A stretch of 64,000 nucleotides of DNA, taken from positions 12,349-76,348 of IMG/VR virus record IMGVR_UViG_3300033463_000086; one strand, given 5' to 3'. The DNA comes from a virus (Duplodnaviria; Caudoviricetes). Shown one piece after another: positions 1 through 9,924 of this stretch. The position numbers and the translations under genes were made by a program. The stretch's first letter is position 1; each line of letters starts with the position of its first letter. The notes beneath the pieces are model-generated. The model did no database searches. It was not told the origin of the DNA and saw only the letters and a program-made list of their open reading frames with translations.

Positions 1-311
1 AACATATCACGTGCGAAACCAAGCTCAACTTTGTAACAATCGAGCCTTGCCTGTGCTTCAAGAACCTTAGCGTTGAGTTCAGCAAACTCACTGATGGTCA
101 TGCTTCTGATGCACTCTTCGGAGTATTTAGCACCGAGTAGCTTTTCCTTGTAAAGTTCGGTACGCTTTCCGTGGCGCGCACTGTCATAGGCGGCAGTAAG
201 GTTTGCCAACTCGATTCTTGCGTTTTCGTAGTTGCTCATAGCTTTTGCGTAGTTGCATTTGAGCAGGTTCTTGTCGTTCAGTTCGATTGCAGATTCCATA
301 GCATCTGTCAT
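1..311 (-). CDS. Hypothetical coiled-coil protein, runs off the left edge (weakly UvsY-like)
   Basis: Manual translation from ATG at 311 with GGAG RBS: MTDAMESAIELNDKNLLKCNYAK...; open to position 1; promoter just upstream. Confidence 0.6.
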   Translation of the reverse strand, partial: MTDAMESAIELNDKNLLKCNYAKAMSNYENARIELANLTAAYDSARHGKRTELYKEKLLGAKYSEECIRSMTISEFAELNAKVLEAQARLDCYKVELGFARDM

Positions 312-349
312 TGTGGTTCTCCTCTATTGGGGTTGTGGGCTGCTTTAAG

Positions 350-383
350 TATAATATAGCACACTTAAAGCAAAAATCAAGCG
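350..383 (-). promoter_or_regulatory. Sigma70-type phage promoter
   Basis: Minus strand TTGATT-N16-TATATT with TGn extension; member of a repeated promoter family. Confidence 0.65.
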
Positions 384-406
384 AAAATCAATAAAAAGTT
401 GAAAAT

Positions 407-1714
407 TTATTCAGGTAAATCTCGAAAACCCTTGAAAATTGGGAATCTGAGGGAAGGTTTGCCTGTTGCATCGGTTGTTTCCTCGAAGTATTTCACGGTT
501 ATCTTGCGTCCGAGGTACTTATCAGGGTTGTTATAAAGGTCAATCCTAAGCTCGTCAGAAAGCCCACTGCCAACAGCTACAGGATTACCCTTATAACGAA
601 TAACCATAGCCCCAGCCAGTTTCGTTTCTTCCATCTGACCCGTTTTGACATTGAGGATATTCTTGGTGGTTCCTGTAATGTCCTCAATAATAAACTCGTC
701 ATCTGTGAACTTCTTGACCTTCAGCAAATCAGCAGTACGACCAGACTGATATGGAGCATCAGCACGAAGAATCAGACCCTCCCATCCCTTACGTTCGACA
801 AGCTGAGTTGCCTTATCGAAGTTCTCAGGTGTATACTTACAATGTCCAATCACGCTGAACTTAGAGCTTGTGAAATTCTGAAACATGAACTCCAAAGCAT
901 TTAATCTCAGGCGGTAGGGTCTGTCTGATTTGATACCCAAGAACTCCTCCGGGGTAAGCATATCGAACATCTTGTAGTGCGGTTTGAGCATTGTCTCGTG
1001 CCGTCTGATTTCCGATACTGCCTGTTTGAAGTTCTCCTTGTTATTCTCGTCAATGACACAAAGCTCACCATCGAGATAACAGGAAGTGCCGAATCTCTTG
1101 AACACAGGCAACAGAGCCTCACGAAGTAACTCCAAAGAAGTATAAGGATGCCCGATACGAGAGAAGAAGTTGACTGCATTTGTGCTTGCCTTATACTCAC
1201 AAATCAACCTTACTCCGTCCAGTTTACGTGTGATGATATAGGGGGTTGTTTCGACACGCTTGCTGAAGGTAGGGCTTTTATGAATATCGTGAGCTAAAGC
1301 AACCTCAAACACAGGTATCTTCAAGTCCATACAGGCATTGATAGTCTTGGTGTCTGCTCCGATTTTCAGGTCTTTATCGAAAATCTTATACAGCACATCT
1401 TCGTATTCATTACCTGCCTGACGAATGAAACTGGCACAGTAATCAAGAGCCTCGTTACCACTAAGCGCACGAGAAGCCAAGCGTTGTAGAATGTAGACCA
1501 AGCTCGTATCGTTGCTCATGGTGATTGACGGTGTGAACTTTCTGATTGAGTTGGAAGTAACACCGAGCGTAGTCATTGGGTTATACAAGATGGACAGAAG
1601 CTCACGTACTACTCCGTTTTTCGAGTAATACTTCAAGCATTCTTTCTTGTGGCTTTGCTTGTTGCTCGTGTTCATGGCACTCACAAACTGCTTGATAATT
1701 GGTAAAGTTTGCAT
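407..1714 (-). CDS. lig: ATP-dependent DNA ligase
   Basis: KLDG adenylation motif, EGLILR, LLKVK, C-terminal OB fold (VGSGLSD...LRFPIF); start moved to ATG 1714 behind AGGA. Confidence 0.93.
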   Translation of the reverse strand: MQTLPIIKQFVSAMNTSNKQSHKKECLKYYSKNGVVRELLSILYNPMTTLGVTSNSIRKFTPSITMSNDTSLVYILQRLASRALSGNEALDYCASFIRQAGNEYEDVLYKIFDKDLKIGADTKTINACMDLKIPVFEVALAHDIHKSPTFSKRVETTPYIITRKLDGVRLICEYKASTNAVNFFSRIGHPYTSLELLREALLPVFKRFGTSCYLDGELCVIDENNKENFKQAVSEIRRHETMLKPHYKMFDMLTPEEFLGIKSDRPYRLRLNALEFMFQNFTSSKFSVIGHCKYTPENFDKATQLVERKGWEGLILRADAPYQSGRTADLLKVKKFTDDEFIIEDITGTTKNILNVKTGQMEETKLAGAMVIRYKGNPVAVGSGLSDELRIDLYNNPDKYLGRKITVKYFEETTDATGKPSLRFPIFKGFRDLPE

Positions 1715-2048
1715 GATATTTAATCCTATCAAAGTTGTCGCATACGATTACTTGGTCTTCATAACTCAGGCGTTTCACTACGTCAAATAATGAAAGCAAA
1801 TACCTGACCAAGAAGTTTACATTATAATCGTTTGCAGTTAGTTGTTCGTTGAGTTGTTTTCTTGTTGTATTGACGTTTGAGTTGGTGAAATGTGACAGGA
1901 AATCAAGGTCGTGTGCCATAAGCAACCTTCTGTCCACCGAGTAGTTGATTTCGTTGCAAGTATCACATAGAAAATCAATTAGCTTGGTAGGATAGCGTTT
2001 CTTTACGGCACACAACATATCTATCGGGTCATAAAACAGAACTTCCAT
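1602..2048 (-). CDS. Hypothetical protein (3' end overlaps ligase start)
   Basis: ORF track; coupled to upstream gene. Confidence 0.5.
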   Translation of the reverse strand: MEVLFYDPIDMLCAVKKRYPTKLIDFLCDTCNEINYSVDRRLLMAHDLDFLSHFTNSNVNTTRKQLNEQLTANDYNVNFLVRYLLSLFDVVKRLSYEDQVIVCDNFDRIKYHANFTNYQAVCECHEHEQQAKPQERMLEVLLEKRSST

Positions 2049-2712
2049 TTTTCTTCATAAGTTCTATTTTGTGGTTGAGATACCAGACCGCTTTTTCCAA
2101 GTCCTCAACCGCATCACCCTTCTTCCCTGCTCTGAGGATATATTTGAGTGCGTTACCGACTGAGAAATCGTACTTGTCGGTAATCTCAATGACCTCAAGA
2201 CCGAAGGGTGTGTCGGTGTAGTGTTTGGGGTGATTCACTGCATCGGCTTTAGACAGGGCATGTTTCGGCTTCGGGCAATCCAAATAGGACGGATAGTTTT
2301 TGGTCGGTACTTCTTTAGCCAACTCAGCAATCGTTTTAACATTTGTGGTAGCTTTCTCCATAACTGCTGGCTTGTCATTCTCAAACTTATCCGAGGTAAT
2401 TTCCGCAGGGACAGTAAAGTTGTGGTCATCCAAGTAGAAATCACCATACACCTTACGTGGATTGTTCTGCCATTCTGCTTTAAGGCGGTCGAGATTATCG
2501 TTGACGGCATCAGGTTTAAGTCCGATACTTGTCAACCAATCCAAAGCCTCTTTCAGCCTGTCTCCTTCTCGCATCGTCCAAAGAATCCACTCGTTATGAG
2601 GAGAGTTTTGAACGTATTTCCGCAAGAAGTCCGTATTGCGTTTGATTTCCTTACCAATGGCAGGGAACTTATTTTCACACAACGTACCGTCAAAATCAAC
2701 AACAAAAATCAT
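2029..2712 (-). CDS. HAD-family hydrolase fused to DUF3310/SaV-like domain
   Basis: N-terminal VVDFDGTL, WTMR, YLDD HAD motifs; C-terminal VNHPKHY...GNALKYILRAGKK...EDLEKAVWYL; start coupled (TAATG) to upstream stop. Confidence 0.8.
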   Translation of the reverse strand: MIFVVDFDGTLCENKFPAIGKEIKRNTDFLRKYVQNSPHNEWILWTMREGDRLKEALDWLTSIGLKPDAVNDNLDRLKAEWQNNPRKVYGDFYLDDHNFTVPAEITSDKFENDKPAVMEKATTNVKTIAELAKEVPTKNYPSYLDCPKPKHALSKADAVNHPKHYTDTPFGLEVIEITDKYDFSVGNALKYILRAGKKGDAVEDLEKAVWYLNHKIELMKKNGSSVL

Positions 2713-3665
2713 TATTTCACCTCGAACGCACAGGCAAGCATATACGTCAGACCACACTTACCTGCATTGAAGAAAGGATTAAGGAAACACTCTGCAATAC
2801 GAACCATACGCGCTCTGTCTGTGGCGGATTTGGAGTTCATCATGCAAGCGTTGAGATAGCCAAGAATAGCCATACGGACTGTTTCTTCCTGTCCACTGTA
2901 CGCTTTCAGGAACGATACGATTTCTTCCCATGTACCTCTTTTGCTTACGATTGACTTGCAAAGAGCGCGTGTATCGGCTTCAAGTTTTTCACCTGTACCA
3001 CTCTGCATCTCAATAGCCTTATCAACGTTACCGCCATTGAGTGCATAGTTTTCAAGAATCTGCAACGATACTCTGGCAGACGATTCAGAGTTCAATGCAA
3101 TCTTCTTCATAGCCTCATCGTCAATCTTAATCCCGGTCTTTTCAACAACACGACCAAGATTCTTATAGATGGCAGACGGAGTTAAAGGCTTGATTGGCAG
3201 AACCTTACAACGGCTCTTCAATGCTTTAGGCATCTTGGAAGCATCGGTCGTACAGAAGAAAACAAACGTGCATGGCGGAACCTCTTCACAATTCCGCAAC
3301 AGAGCCTCGAAACAGATGGGAGTAAGACCCTGCATTTCGTCAATAATATAGACCCTGCCCTTAGAGGTTCTTGTCATAGGATAAGTACCCCACATGTCAA
3401 CAAAGGCTCTGATATTATCAATAGAACGGTCTTTACTGGCATCGAGAATCTGCACATCACCGAGTGAGGCATTACAACCAATCGCTTTAGCAAACACGTA
3501 AGCGGCTGTCGTTTTGCCACATCCAAACTGTCCTTCAAGCAGAAAGACCCTCGGCTGTGTTTTATCATCTGTGTGTTCTGCGACATGTTTCAGGATTGCC
3601 ACAGCTTCATCCTGACCTACAATTTCGTCAAAGGTGGTAGGTCTCATTTCGTTGTATAATGACAT
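2712..3665 (-). CDS. Clamp-loader AAA+ ATPase, DNA Pol III gamma/tau-like
   Basis: RPTTFDEIVGQ, Walker A GQFGCGKTT, Walker B IIDE, SRC motif. Confidence 0.9.
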   Translation of the reverse strand: MSLYNEMRPTTFDEIVGQDEAVAILKHVAEHTDDKTQPRVFLLEGQFGCGKTTAAYVFAKAIGCNASLGDVQILDASKDRSIDNIRAFVDMWGTYPMTRTSKGRVYIIDEMQGLTPICFEALLRNCEEVPPCTFVFFCTTDASKMPKALKSRCKVLPIKPLTPSAIYKNLGRVVEKTGIKIDDEAMKKIALNSESSARVSLQILENYALNGGNVDKAIEMQSGTGEKLEADTRALCKSIVSKRGTWEEIVSFLKAYSGQEETVRMAILGYLNACMMNSKSATDRARMVRIAECFLNPFFNAGKCGLTYMLACAFEVK

Positions 3666-3675
3666 TTACGTCTCC

Positions 3676-5040
3676 TTATGAATGTTTGATTTCGCCCATT
3701 TCTTCAAGGTCAGCCCAAGAAGCACCGGGTTTGCCTAAGTCAGCTTCAACGGCAATAGGATAAACAATCCATGACCATTCTTTTCTGACCTCGGCTTGAC
3801 TTTCGATGTAAAGGTCGCAGATTGTCTGATACTCGTTAGGAACAATATCCATAACGGCTGAATCGTGAATCTGCCCGATAATAAGTGATTTGAGTTTGTA
3901 CTTGATGAACTTGCGCTGAAGGTGAATCAGTGTGTTAAGCAGTACATGGAAAGCCGAACCCTGAACTACGGTGTTGATAGCCTGTGTTTTAGCCATCTTC
4001 ATCGTAACCCTGAATCCTGTAGGGTAGTCAAGATAACCCTGCTTCTTGTATAGCTCCCACTGCTTTTCCTTCCATTCACCGTAGAACTTGAACAGGTCAA
4101 ACCAGAACCATTCGTATTCCTTTTGAGTGTGGGTCAGCATATCGTCAAACGTATTGATTCCACGCTGTTTAAGGTGTTCGAGGATTGGCTGTCCTGTTCC
4201 TGTGTTCGGGTTGTCCTCTGTAACGAAGTCCCAAAGGTTACGCGCCATTGATTCAAACCCTGCACCGTAAAACCCTGCAAAGACGAATCTGCCTTTAACG
4301 GATTTACGTAGAGCTTTGCACATTTCGTTGTCTTGGAGCATGTAATAGTGCTTTTCGACCTCACTGTGCATATCGGCGTTCGGGTCTGACAGGAAACGTA
4401 ACATATTCGGGTCATGGTGAATCGAGCAACCACAGGAAACCTCATTGGCACGTAAGTCAAGTTCCACCAAGCATCTGTCTTTAGAGCGAGGTAAGAAACC
4501 TGTACGAACAATGTGTTTCTGGAAGTCGTTGTTCTTAGGCATCTGTTGTAGGTTCGGGTTGACACAGCTTGAGCGATAGGTACGTACTGTATGAAGCATA
4601 AACTCAGGGTGGATAAAACCGTTCTCATCCACTTCCTGAATAGACTTGCTGATAATGCTCTGCCACAGGATTTTGAGTTGGCTTCGCTTCAAGAGCAGAC
4701 TTGATTCCTCATAAGGCAGTTTTTCAATAACCGACTTGTCTACGGAATCATTACCTTTCTCTGTCTTGCGGAACTTATCAAAACCACTGGCTTGCAGTAC
4801 GTTACGGATTTGTGAAGAGCTGTCAATATCGGCTTTGTAACCGTACTTGCTCAACCATAACTGCCCCAATTTAGTCTCATTAAGAAACTTATCTTTGAGG
4901 TTATCGCACTCTTTGATAATCGTTTCCCTCTGAGATTGAAGGTAAGGAACGTCAATATACATGCCGTTATTGCTGACCTGTGTAAGAACGTCCTCACCTT
5001 GCATCAGGAGCTTAAATGCCTCTGGTGTACGTGGAATCAT
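3676..5040 (-). CDS. Family A DNA polymerase, polymerase domain only
   Basis: NPNLQQMP, motif A ELDLRANE, motif B RKSVKGRFVFAGFYG, motif C QIHDS; no exonuclease domain. Confidence 0.92.
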   Translation of the reverse strand: MIPRTPEAFKLLMQGEDVLTQVSNNGMYIDVPYLQSQRETIIKECDNLKDKFLNETKLGQLWLSKYGYKADIDSSSQIRNVLQASGFDKFRKTEKGNDSVDKSVIEKLPYEESSLLLKRSQLKILWQSIISKSIQEVDENGFIHPEFMLHTVRTYRSSCVNPNLQQMPKNNDFQKHIVRTGFLPRSKDRCLVELDLRANEVSCGCSIHHDPNMLRFLSDPNADMHSEVEKHYYMLQDNEMCKALRKSVKGRFVFAGFYGAGFESMARNLWDFVTEDNPNTGTGQPILEHLKQRGINTFDDMLTHTQKEYEWFWFDLFKFYGEWKEKQWELYKKQGYLDYPTGFRVTMKMAKTQAINTVVQGSAFHVLLNTLIHLQRKFIKYKLKSLIIGQIHDSAVMDIVPNEYQTICDLYIESQAEVRKEWSWIVYPIAVEADLGKPGASWADLEEMGEIKHS

Positions 5041-5213
5041 TTATACCTCTCAGTTCCGTATGGTGGTCTGACAATCGGAATAGTTACCTGATGAAGAATC
5101 TCACCGTACTTGTCTATAATTGCTTCGGCATACTCAGGTTGTCGTTCGGTTTCCCTTACAGCATCACAAAGTATGCTAAAAGCCTCTCCAAAGTCTACTA
5201 CCTCGATTGTCAT
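5037..5213 (-). CDS. 58-aa hypothetical between the two polymerase parts
   Basis: Manual translation MTIEVVDFGEAF...GTERYK; ATGA overlaps with both neighbours. Confidence 0.65.
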   Translation of the reverse strand: MTIEVVDFGEAFSILCDAVRETERQPEYAEAIIDKYGEILHQVTIPIVRPPYGTERYK

Positions 5214-6436
5214 TCTTCAATCTCCGGGAATGTTTCGTAGAAGTGTTTAAGTTGGTCAAGAAGTACGATTGCAGTGCGGTACTCAACCAAAGAATCTATT
5301 GCATTATAGGTCAGCAATATCCTCTTCGGTATGCGATGAATTGTGTTGATTGCATAAGTGCCGTACTGTTTAATATCTTTGTCGCTGGGTTTCAATTCAG
5401 CTTCAACGTTAGCGTTCCAAACCGTAGTACCAATGAAGATAGGTGCTAAGAACTTAATTGACAGACCGCCCATATCTCTGTTATCCAAGGCATGAGCAAG
5501 AAGCATGGTGTCGATATTCAGCAGAGCCGGATTCGTACCAAGTTTCACAATACTCCAAAGCCTCTCGAAGTGTGAGTTGTGTGCAATTTTTAGAATGTGT
5601 GTCGTTCTGAGCCACTCCGTAAATTTTGGAATCGTATTAGAATCCAACATAAAGGCGTAACTCAAATCACTGTTCTCGCAAATAGACACAGACCACAGCT
5701 TCGAGTTATGGTTGTAGGGGCGTAAGCAGTTTGTCTCATAGTCGAAAGCACTCATACGGCGTTTTGGATTCTTTATCATTTCGTCCATAACGCTGACAGC
5801 ATCCGAATCCGTAAGAATCTTGACGCACTCGGTTTCTTCCTTCCAAATGCGCCGAGGTTCTTTCAGGCTGTCAAGGGCGATTTTAATATCTCGTTTAATG
5901 AGCAAATCGTCTATACTGTCCGGTCTGTTGCCTTTCACGTTAGAGTGTGGAGTAAAAGTTGACATGATGTTACACTCAAACTCCCTGCTGTTGTGGAGCA
6001 AACCGTGAACAGCTTGACAGGATGCGTCTTTTTCGACAACTCTGCTGAACAGTACCTTTGCAGACAAATCACCGAAAGCTATGATAAGGTTTGGTTTGAG
6101 CTTCTTGATTGTCTGTTTCAGGTAAGGAAAACAGCATTGTGCCTGTGTAGCCGTAATTGTGTTTCCGTAGCAAGCCACCGTTGATGTAACCCAGCAATCC
6201 AAGGAGATGTCAACACCGTAAGAGGCTAACACGTCCTTAATCCAACTGAACCTGTCCCCAATAGCATACGTCTTGCTTGTCTGCTGAATCGGGTCTTGTT
6301 TTTCAAGTAGGATAAGGATGCGTTTCTTTCCCTCACCGTATAACATCAGCTTGGAGTTCTTGATTAGGTGGCATGACGCACAGTTAGGCTCGTCATACTC
6401 AACCCTGCTCATAGATGCTGGCATTACAATTTTCAT
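5210..6436 (-). CDS. Family-4 UDG-like domain fused to PolA-type 3'-5' exonuclease
   Basis: CASCHL...YGEG, VAC, QCCFPYLKQTIKKLKPNLIIAFG (UDG4 fold); Exo motifs AFDYET, AHNSHFE, YNAIDS. Confidence 0.85.
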   Translation of the reverse strand: MKIVMPASMSRVEYDEPNCASCHLIKNSKLMLYGEGKKRILILLEKQDPIQQTSKTYAIGDRFSWIKDVLASYGVDISLDCWVTSTVACYGNTITATQAQCCFPYLKQTIKKLKPNLIIAFGDLSAKVLFSRVVEKDASCQAVHGLLHNSREFECNIMSTFTPHSNVKGNRPDSIDDLLIKRDIKIALDSLKEPRRIWKEETECVKILTDSDAVSVMDEMIKNPKRRMSAFDYETNCLRPYNHNSKLWSVSICENSDLSYAFMLDSNTIPKFTEWLRTTHILKIAHNSHFERLWSIVKLGTNPALLNIDTMLLAHALDNRDMGGLSIKFLAPIFIGTTVWNANVEAELKPSDKDIKQYGTYAINTIHRIPKRILLTYNAIDSLVEYRTAIVLLDQLKHFYETFPEIEE

Positions 6437-7596
6437 TAGTCTTCCTCGTACAGAACAGCGATAGCCTTGAACAGAGGATTACCAGTAGGAGTACCATTAT
6501 CCGTACTGCCGATAACAGTGAGCTTGCCGTCATAGGTGCGGAAATATTCACCGTACTTAATCAGGGATTCGAGCAGTTTGAAGCTGACCGTGAATCTGAT
6601 TGTCTCATTGACTTTCGGAATATCACAGCGTTCATAGATACGGCTCCCATCTTCACGAACCGCAGTCAGGATAAAATAGGAAATGTCTGGCGGAGCCTCG
6701 ATTGTTTCCTGTTTCGTCTTGATTGTGTTGCAAATATGAACAGTAACGCGCTTGACCTTATTGTTGTTGCCGCTGAATGGGTTAGCCCTGTCCATAGCTT
6801 CTTCAACGCTCTTATTGATACGGAACACAGGACTATTGCCGGGTTCAAGCACAGATTCCATGTAGTTCGCATCGAAAGCGTTATCAGAGCGTGTCCTTGA
6901 AGAGAAGATAACACCGTCAGCAGTACGCATGTGAAGCCAACCGTTCTTGATGCAGTATTTCGGTCTGCCTTTCATGGGGTCGATAGCCATGTACTTCTGA
7001 ACGAAAGTCTGAGATTCGCTGTGGATAAAGACAGTTTCCTTGATGGAGAAAGCGTCAATACCCTGCTGTTTCATGTCAAAGCAAGCGAATCTGTCCTTTC
7101 CGTTATAGCCGTACATCTTGCCATCGTTCACTGCAACATGGCTGTACTGGTTATCACTTTTATCCGAAGCCCAAGCGGTATATTGCATAGCCGTAACAAA
7201 GGAATCGGGAAGCTCATGCCAGTTATCCTCGTCCGTTTCAAGGTATTCTTCATCAAAGTCAATATCGTCTCTGATTGCAAATTCGACACGGCTCTTATCA
7301 CCTGCTTTGACACCAAGAGTACCATTCGGCGTGACACCAACCATAATCTCTTTTTCTTTGAGTTTACGGAGATAGTCATACAGAAGGGCAAACTCAACGT
7401 CAATACATCTTGCGTCAAAGTTCAGCTCGGAAGGAATCACAAGCATAAACTGATTCGAGATACAGTGAATCCGACCATGTTGAATAATGACATATTTGGA
7501 GGGGTCGGTGTTCTCTGTGGTATCGGGTTTGATGATTTCCTTGATGATGCCCAGAGCCTTCAAAATGTCAGCCCGGTTGACGGTAGCTACGTTCAT
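6436..7596 (-). CDS. Sliding clamp, DnaN (beta)-like
   Basis: 386 aa, VNRADILKAL start as in beta clamps, beta-rich pattern, context next to clamp loader and polymerase. Confidence 0.7.
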   Translation of the reverse strand: MNVATVNRADILKALGIIKEIIKPDTTENTDPSKYVIIQHGRIHCISNQFMLVIPSELNFDARCIDVEFALLYDYLRKLKEKEIMVGVTPNGTLGVKAGDKSRVEFAIRDDIDFDEEYLETDEDNWHELPDSFVTAMQYTAWASDKSDNQYSHVAVNDGKMYGYNGKDRFACFDMKQQGIDAFSIKETVFIHSESQTFVQKYMAIDPMKGRPKYCIKNGWLHMRTADGVIFSSRTRSDNAFDANYMESVLEPGNSPVFRINKSVEEAMDRANPFSGNNNKVKRVTVHICNTIKTKQETIEAPPDISYFILTAVREDGSRIYERCDIPKVNETIRFTVSFKLLESLIKYGEYFRTYDGKLTVIGSTDNGTPTGNPLFKAIAVLYEED

Positions 7597-7605
7597 TGTT
7601 TCTCC

Positions 7606-8085
7606 TTAAAGTTTGGTTGTTAAGTTGAGTGAGTAAGTGTTTCCATCGCTTGTCGTGATAACTGAAACCCTCTTTGAGCCGAGCAGATTCAACATATCCT
7701 TGACTTCCTGTTCGAGTGCTTCACTTTCCGCACCCATTTTAGAGGCAAGCAGAGCAAGGATTTTTTCGATAGTGAAGAGGGATGCGTTTTGAAGCAAGAT
7801 AACCTCGACTACCATATCTTCAAGAGTTGTTTCTGTCTTGTTTTCCATGATAGATTCAGGTGTTTCAAGCCCAAGCTCGTTCTGCATAAAGGTTACGTCT
7901 TCCTTGTCGAATGAACGTACTTCCCTCTGCGATAACTGCTTGATTGTAGAACACAGGAGGCGTTTCAATCTGCCTGTGTTCGACTTATGCGCCGATTCAA
8001 TTTCCTTTGTTGAAAAATTGAATAACGAGGCTATCTTGTCAAATATCTCAATGAGTTTGCGGCGGTCTGTATCAGTCTTCGTCAT
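7606..8085 (-). CDS. Hypothetical protein
   Basis: Likely start MTKTDTDRRK at 8085, overlapping the upstream stop region. Confidence 0.6.
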   Translation of the reverse strand: MTKTDTDRRKLIEIFDKIASLFNFSTKEIESAHKSNTGRLKRLLCSTIKQLSQREVRSFDKEDVTFMQNELGLETPESIMENKTETTLEDMVVEVILLQNASLFTIEKILALLASKMGAESEALEQEVKDMLNLLGSKRVSVITTSDGNTYSLNLTTKL

Positions 8086-8389
8086 CGTCAACCTCTTCAG
8101 CATCAGTAATTTCAAGACTGTCACTGAGCATCTCAATAATAGCTTTTTTGACGAGATATGCCTGAGTTGCGTCAGTGTCTTCCTGAAGTTTACTGACAGT
8201 TTCTTCAAGTTTATCCATACGCTCACAGAGTTCATTAAGAACACCAATCGTGAACTTCTTGAAGTTGTTGTTACGCACATCAGCATTCAGCTCGTGGATT
8301 GCTTCTTTATCAACAATGCCGACCTTCTTGCAGACGTTAGCGAGTTTCTTTGCGGAGATTTTCTTGATAGTGAGTTTCATGTTTTTCAC
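8072..8389 (-). CDS. Hypothetical protein with acidic tail
   Basis: ORF track; ATGA coupling with helicase stop. Confidence 0.65.
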   Translation of the reverse strand: MKNMKLTIKKISAKKLANVCKKVGIVDKEAIHELNADVRNNNFKKFTIGVLNELCERMDKLEETVSKLQEDTDATQAYLVKKAIIEMLSDSLEITDAEEVDDDED

Positions 8390-9924
8390 CTCGTGGTTGG
8401 TTTTGGTAGTTCAGCGAAGTTATGGACACTTAGAATGTGAGGCGTTCCACAAGCCAAGCATCCGTAAAGTTTAGCCTGTTGTCGTTCATCATAAGGAGAT
8501 TCACGTTTAAGTAATGCCGCAATTCTCCAAATGTTCTTGATTCGCTCTTCTGGTGTCTGATTGATAGCGTAAAGAGCTGAACAGTTATCAATCTTTCGTT
8601 TATCCTCAGAGAACGATGCCAACGTCAAATCCTCTGTATTAAAGCCTGTTGCGTTGGATTGTGTAGCCGTAACAACAAGGCATTTGAATATATCGGCATA
8701 AGCACGTATTGACCGCCACCTCTGATTGACTGCCTCGCGTGGGTCTCTTCCCTCGGTTGCCATAGCGTCAATGTAGTCTATAACAACCACGTCAGGATGT
8801 TCCCAACCGAGCTTCTTGCAGATGTTCTTTGTCAGCGTAACCAGACCGCTATACGTAAGAGAACCTAATGGAAACTGCTCAACGTACAGACTGCCTTTGT
8901 GCTTCTGATTGACCCAAGAATCACGCATGAGTTTGGCAATTTCAGGTGTCAGAATCGGGTTATGCACCTGACGATAGGACACAGCTTCCTTATATTCCTT
9001 GCAAGCCTTATCATCACATGGGATATATTCGTCGCTTGTGATAACAGGTCTATCGGGAATATCGTTCCATTCGTTGAGAAGACTGCCACTGCCTTTACGC
9101 TCAAAACAAGTGCCTTTTTGGTTCTTTACGCAATCCAAACAAGGTATGAATTGTTTATCCGCATATTCAGGTGAGGTGGAAGTCTTGGCATCACCGCAGA
9201 GGATTCGTTTGTTGACCTGATTTTTGGTAAGGTCTCCGCAACTGATGAAGAGGGTTTTGTTTCCCTGATTACGTGCTACTCTGGCTGTGTAAATGAGCAT
9301 GTGAGATTTGCCCACTTTACCACGACCCTCAAACACGACAAAGGAATTTCGGGTAAGCGTATTGTTCATAAGCCTACCTAATTCACCCTCGAAGGAAATC
9401 AGCCGTTCATCCTCTTGACGGAACAAATCATCAATCTCGGAATCAGTGGCTTGCAGAATATCGGTTGAATTGACTACGACAGGCTTAATCTCATCAACAG
9501 AGTTAAGGAGTTGTTTAGCCTCATCGAGTTTACCTGATTCTACTAATGCACTGGCTTCTTCCGAGGACAGCTTGATGATTTGAGCCTGAAAGTAGTTGTA
9601 AGCCTCGTCAATCTCAACCTGAATGTCGGTAATCGGTTCCTGATTGGCAAACGAAGACAAGACAATCTGTATCTCTGATGCCACTTCGGGTTTGATTTTA
9701 CCTAATGCAACCTGATTCTTAAAGACGCGCTCGAACTTATCTTCCGGTGCGGTGTGGAACTTATTGAAGAAGACAATGCAGATACGAGCCATGACAGAGT
9801 AGTACCGATTCGACAGTACGCCCTGTTTGTATTTATCCGCAAACTCTTCAAGGAACTGTGTGGAGTTGACCATATCATAAACGATACGTAACTCCAAATC
9901 AGCCGTAGCCTCAATTATTTCCAT
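8386..9924 (-). CDS. Replicative helicase, DnaB-like (SF4)
   Basis: Walker A EGRGKVGKS, VVVIDYID, VVTATQSN. Confidence 0.88.
   Translation of the reverse strand: MEIIEATADLELRIVYDMVNSTQFLEEFADKYKQGVLSNRYYSVMARICIVFFNKFHTAPEDKFERVFKNQVALGKIKPEVASEIQIVLSSFANQEPITDIQVEIDEAYNYFQAQIIKLSSEEASALVESGKLDEAKQLLNSVDEIKPVVVNSTDILQATDSEIDDLFRQEDERLISFEGELGRLMNNTLTRNSFVVFEGRGKVGKSHMLIYTARVARNQGNKTLFISCGDLTKNQVNKRILCGDAKTSTSPEYADKQFIPCLDCVKNQKGTCFERKGSGSLLNEWNDIPDRPVITSDEYIPCDDKACKEYKEAVSYRQVHNPILTPEIAKLMRDSWVNQKHKGSLYVEQFPLGSLTYSGLVTLTKNICKKLGWEHPDVVVIDYIDAMATEGRDPREAVNQRWRSIRAYADIFKCLVVTATQSNATGFNTEDLTLASFSEDKRKIDNCSALYAINQTPEERIKNIWRIAALLKRESPYDERQQAKLYGCLACGTPHILSVHNFAELPKPTTR

Noticed and set aside
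1602-1714. About 110-nt overlap of a hypothetical ORF with the ligase start (similar 100-nt overlap at 10742-10842)
   Set aside because: Best explained as incidental C-terminal run-on; no slippery site or shared signal seen
2029-2712. HAD protein as GmhB (heptose bisphosphate phosphatase) feeding the heptosyltransferase
   Set aside because: Lacks the DRDG signature and Zn-binding CxH/CxC of GmhB; resembles the common small phage HAD family
5037-5213. Possible intron between the exonuclease and polymerase genes
   Set aside because: The gap is filled by a coupled ORF; no group I/II core motifs; both flanking genes have their own start/stop
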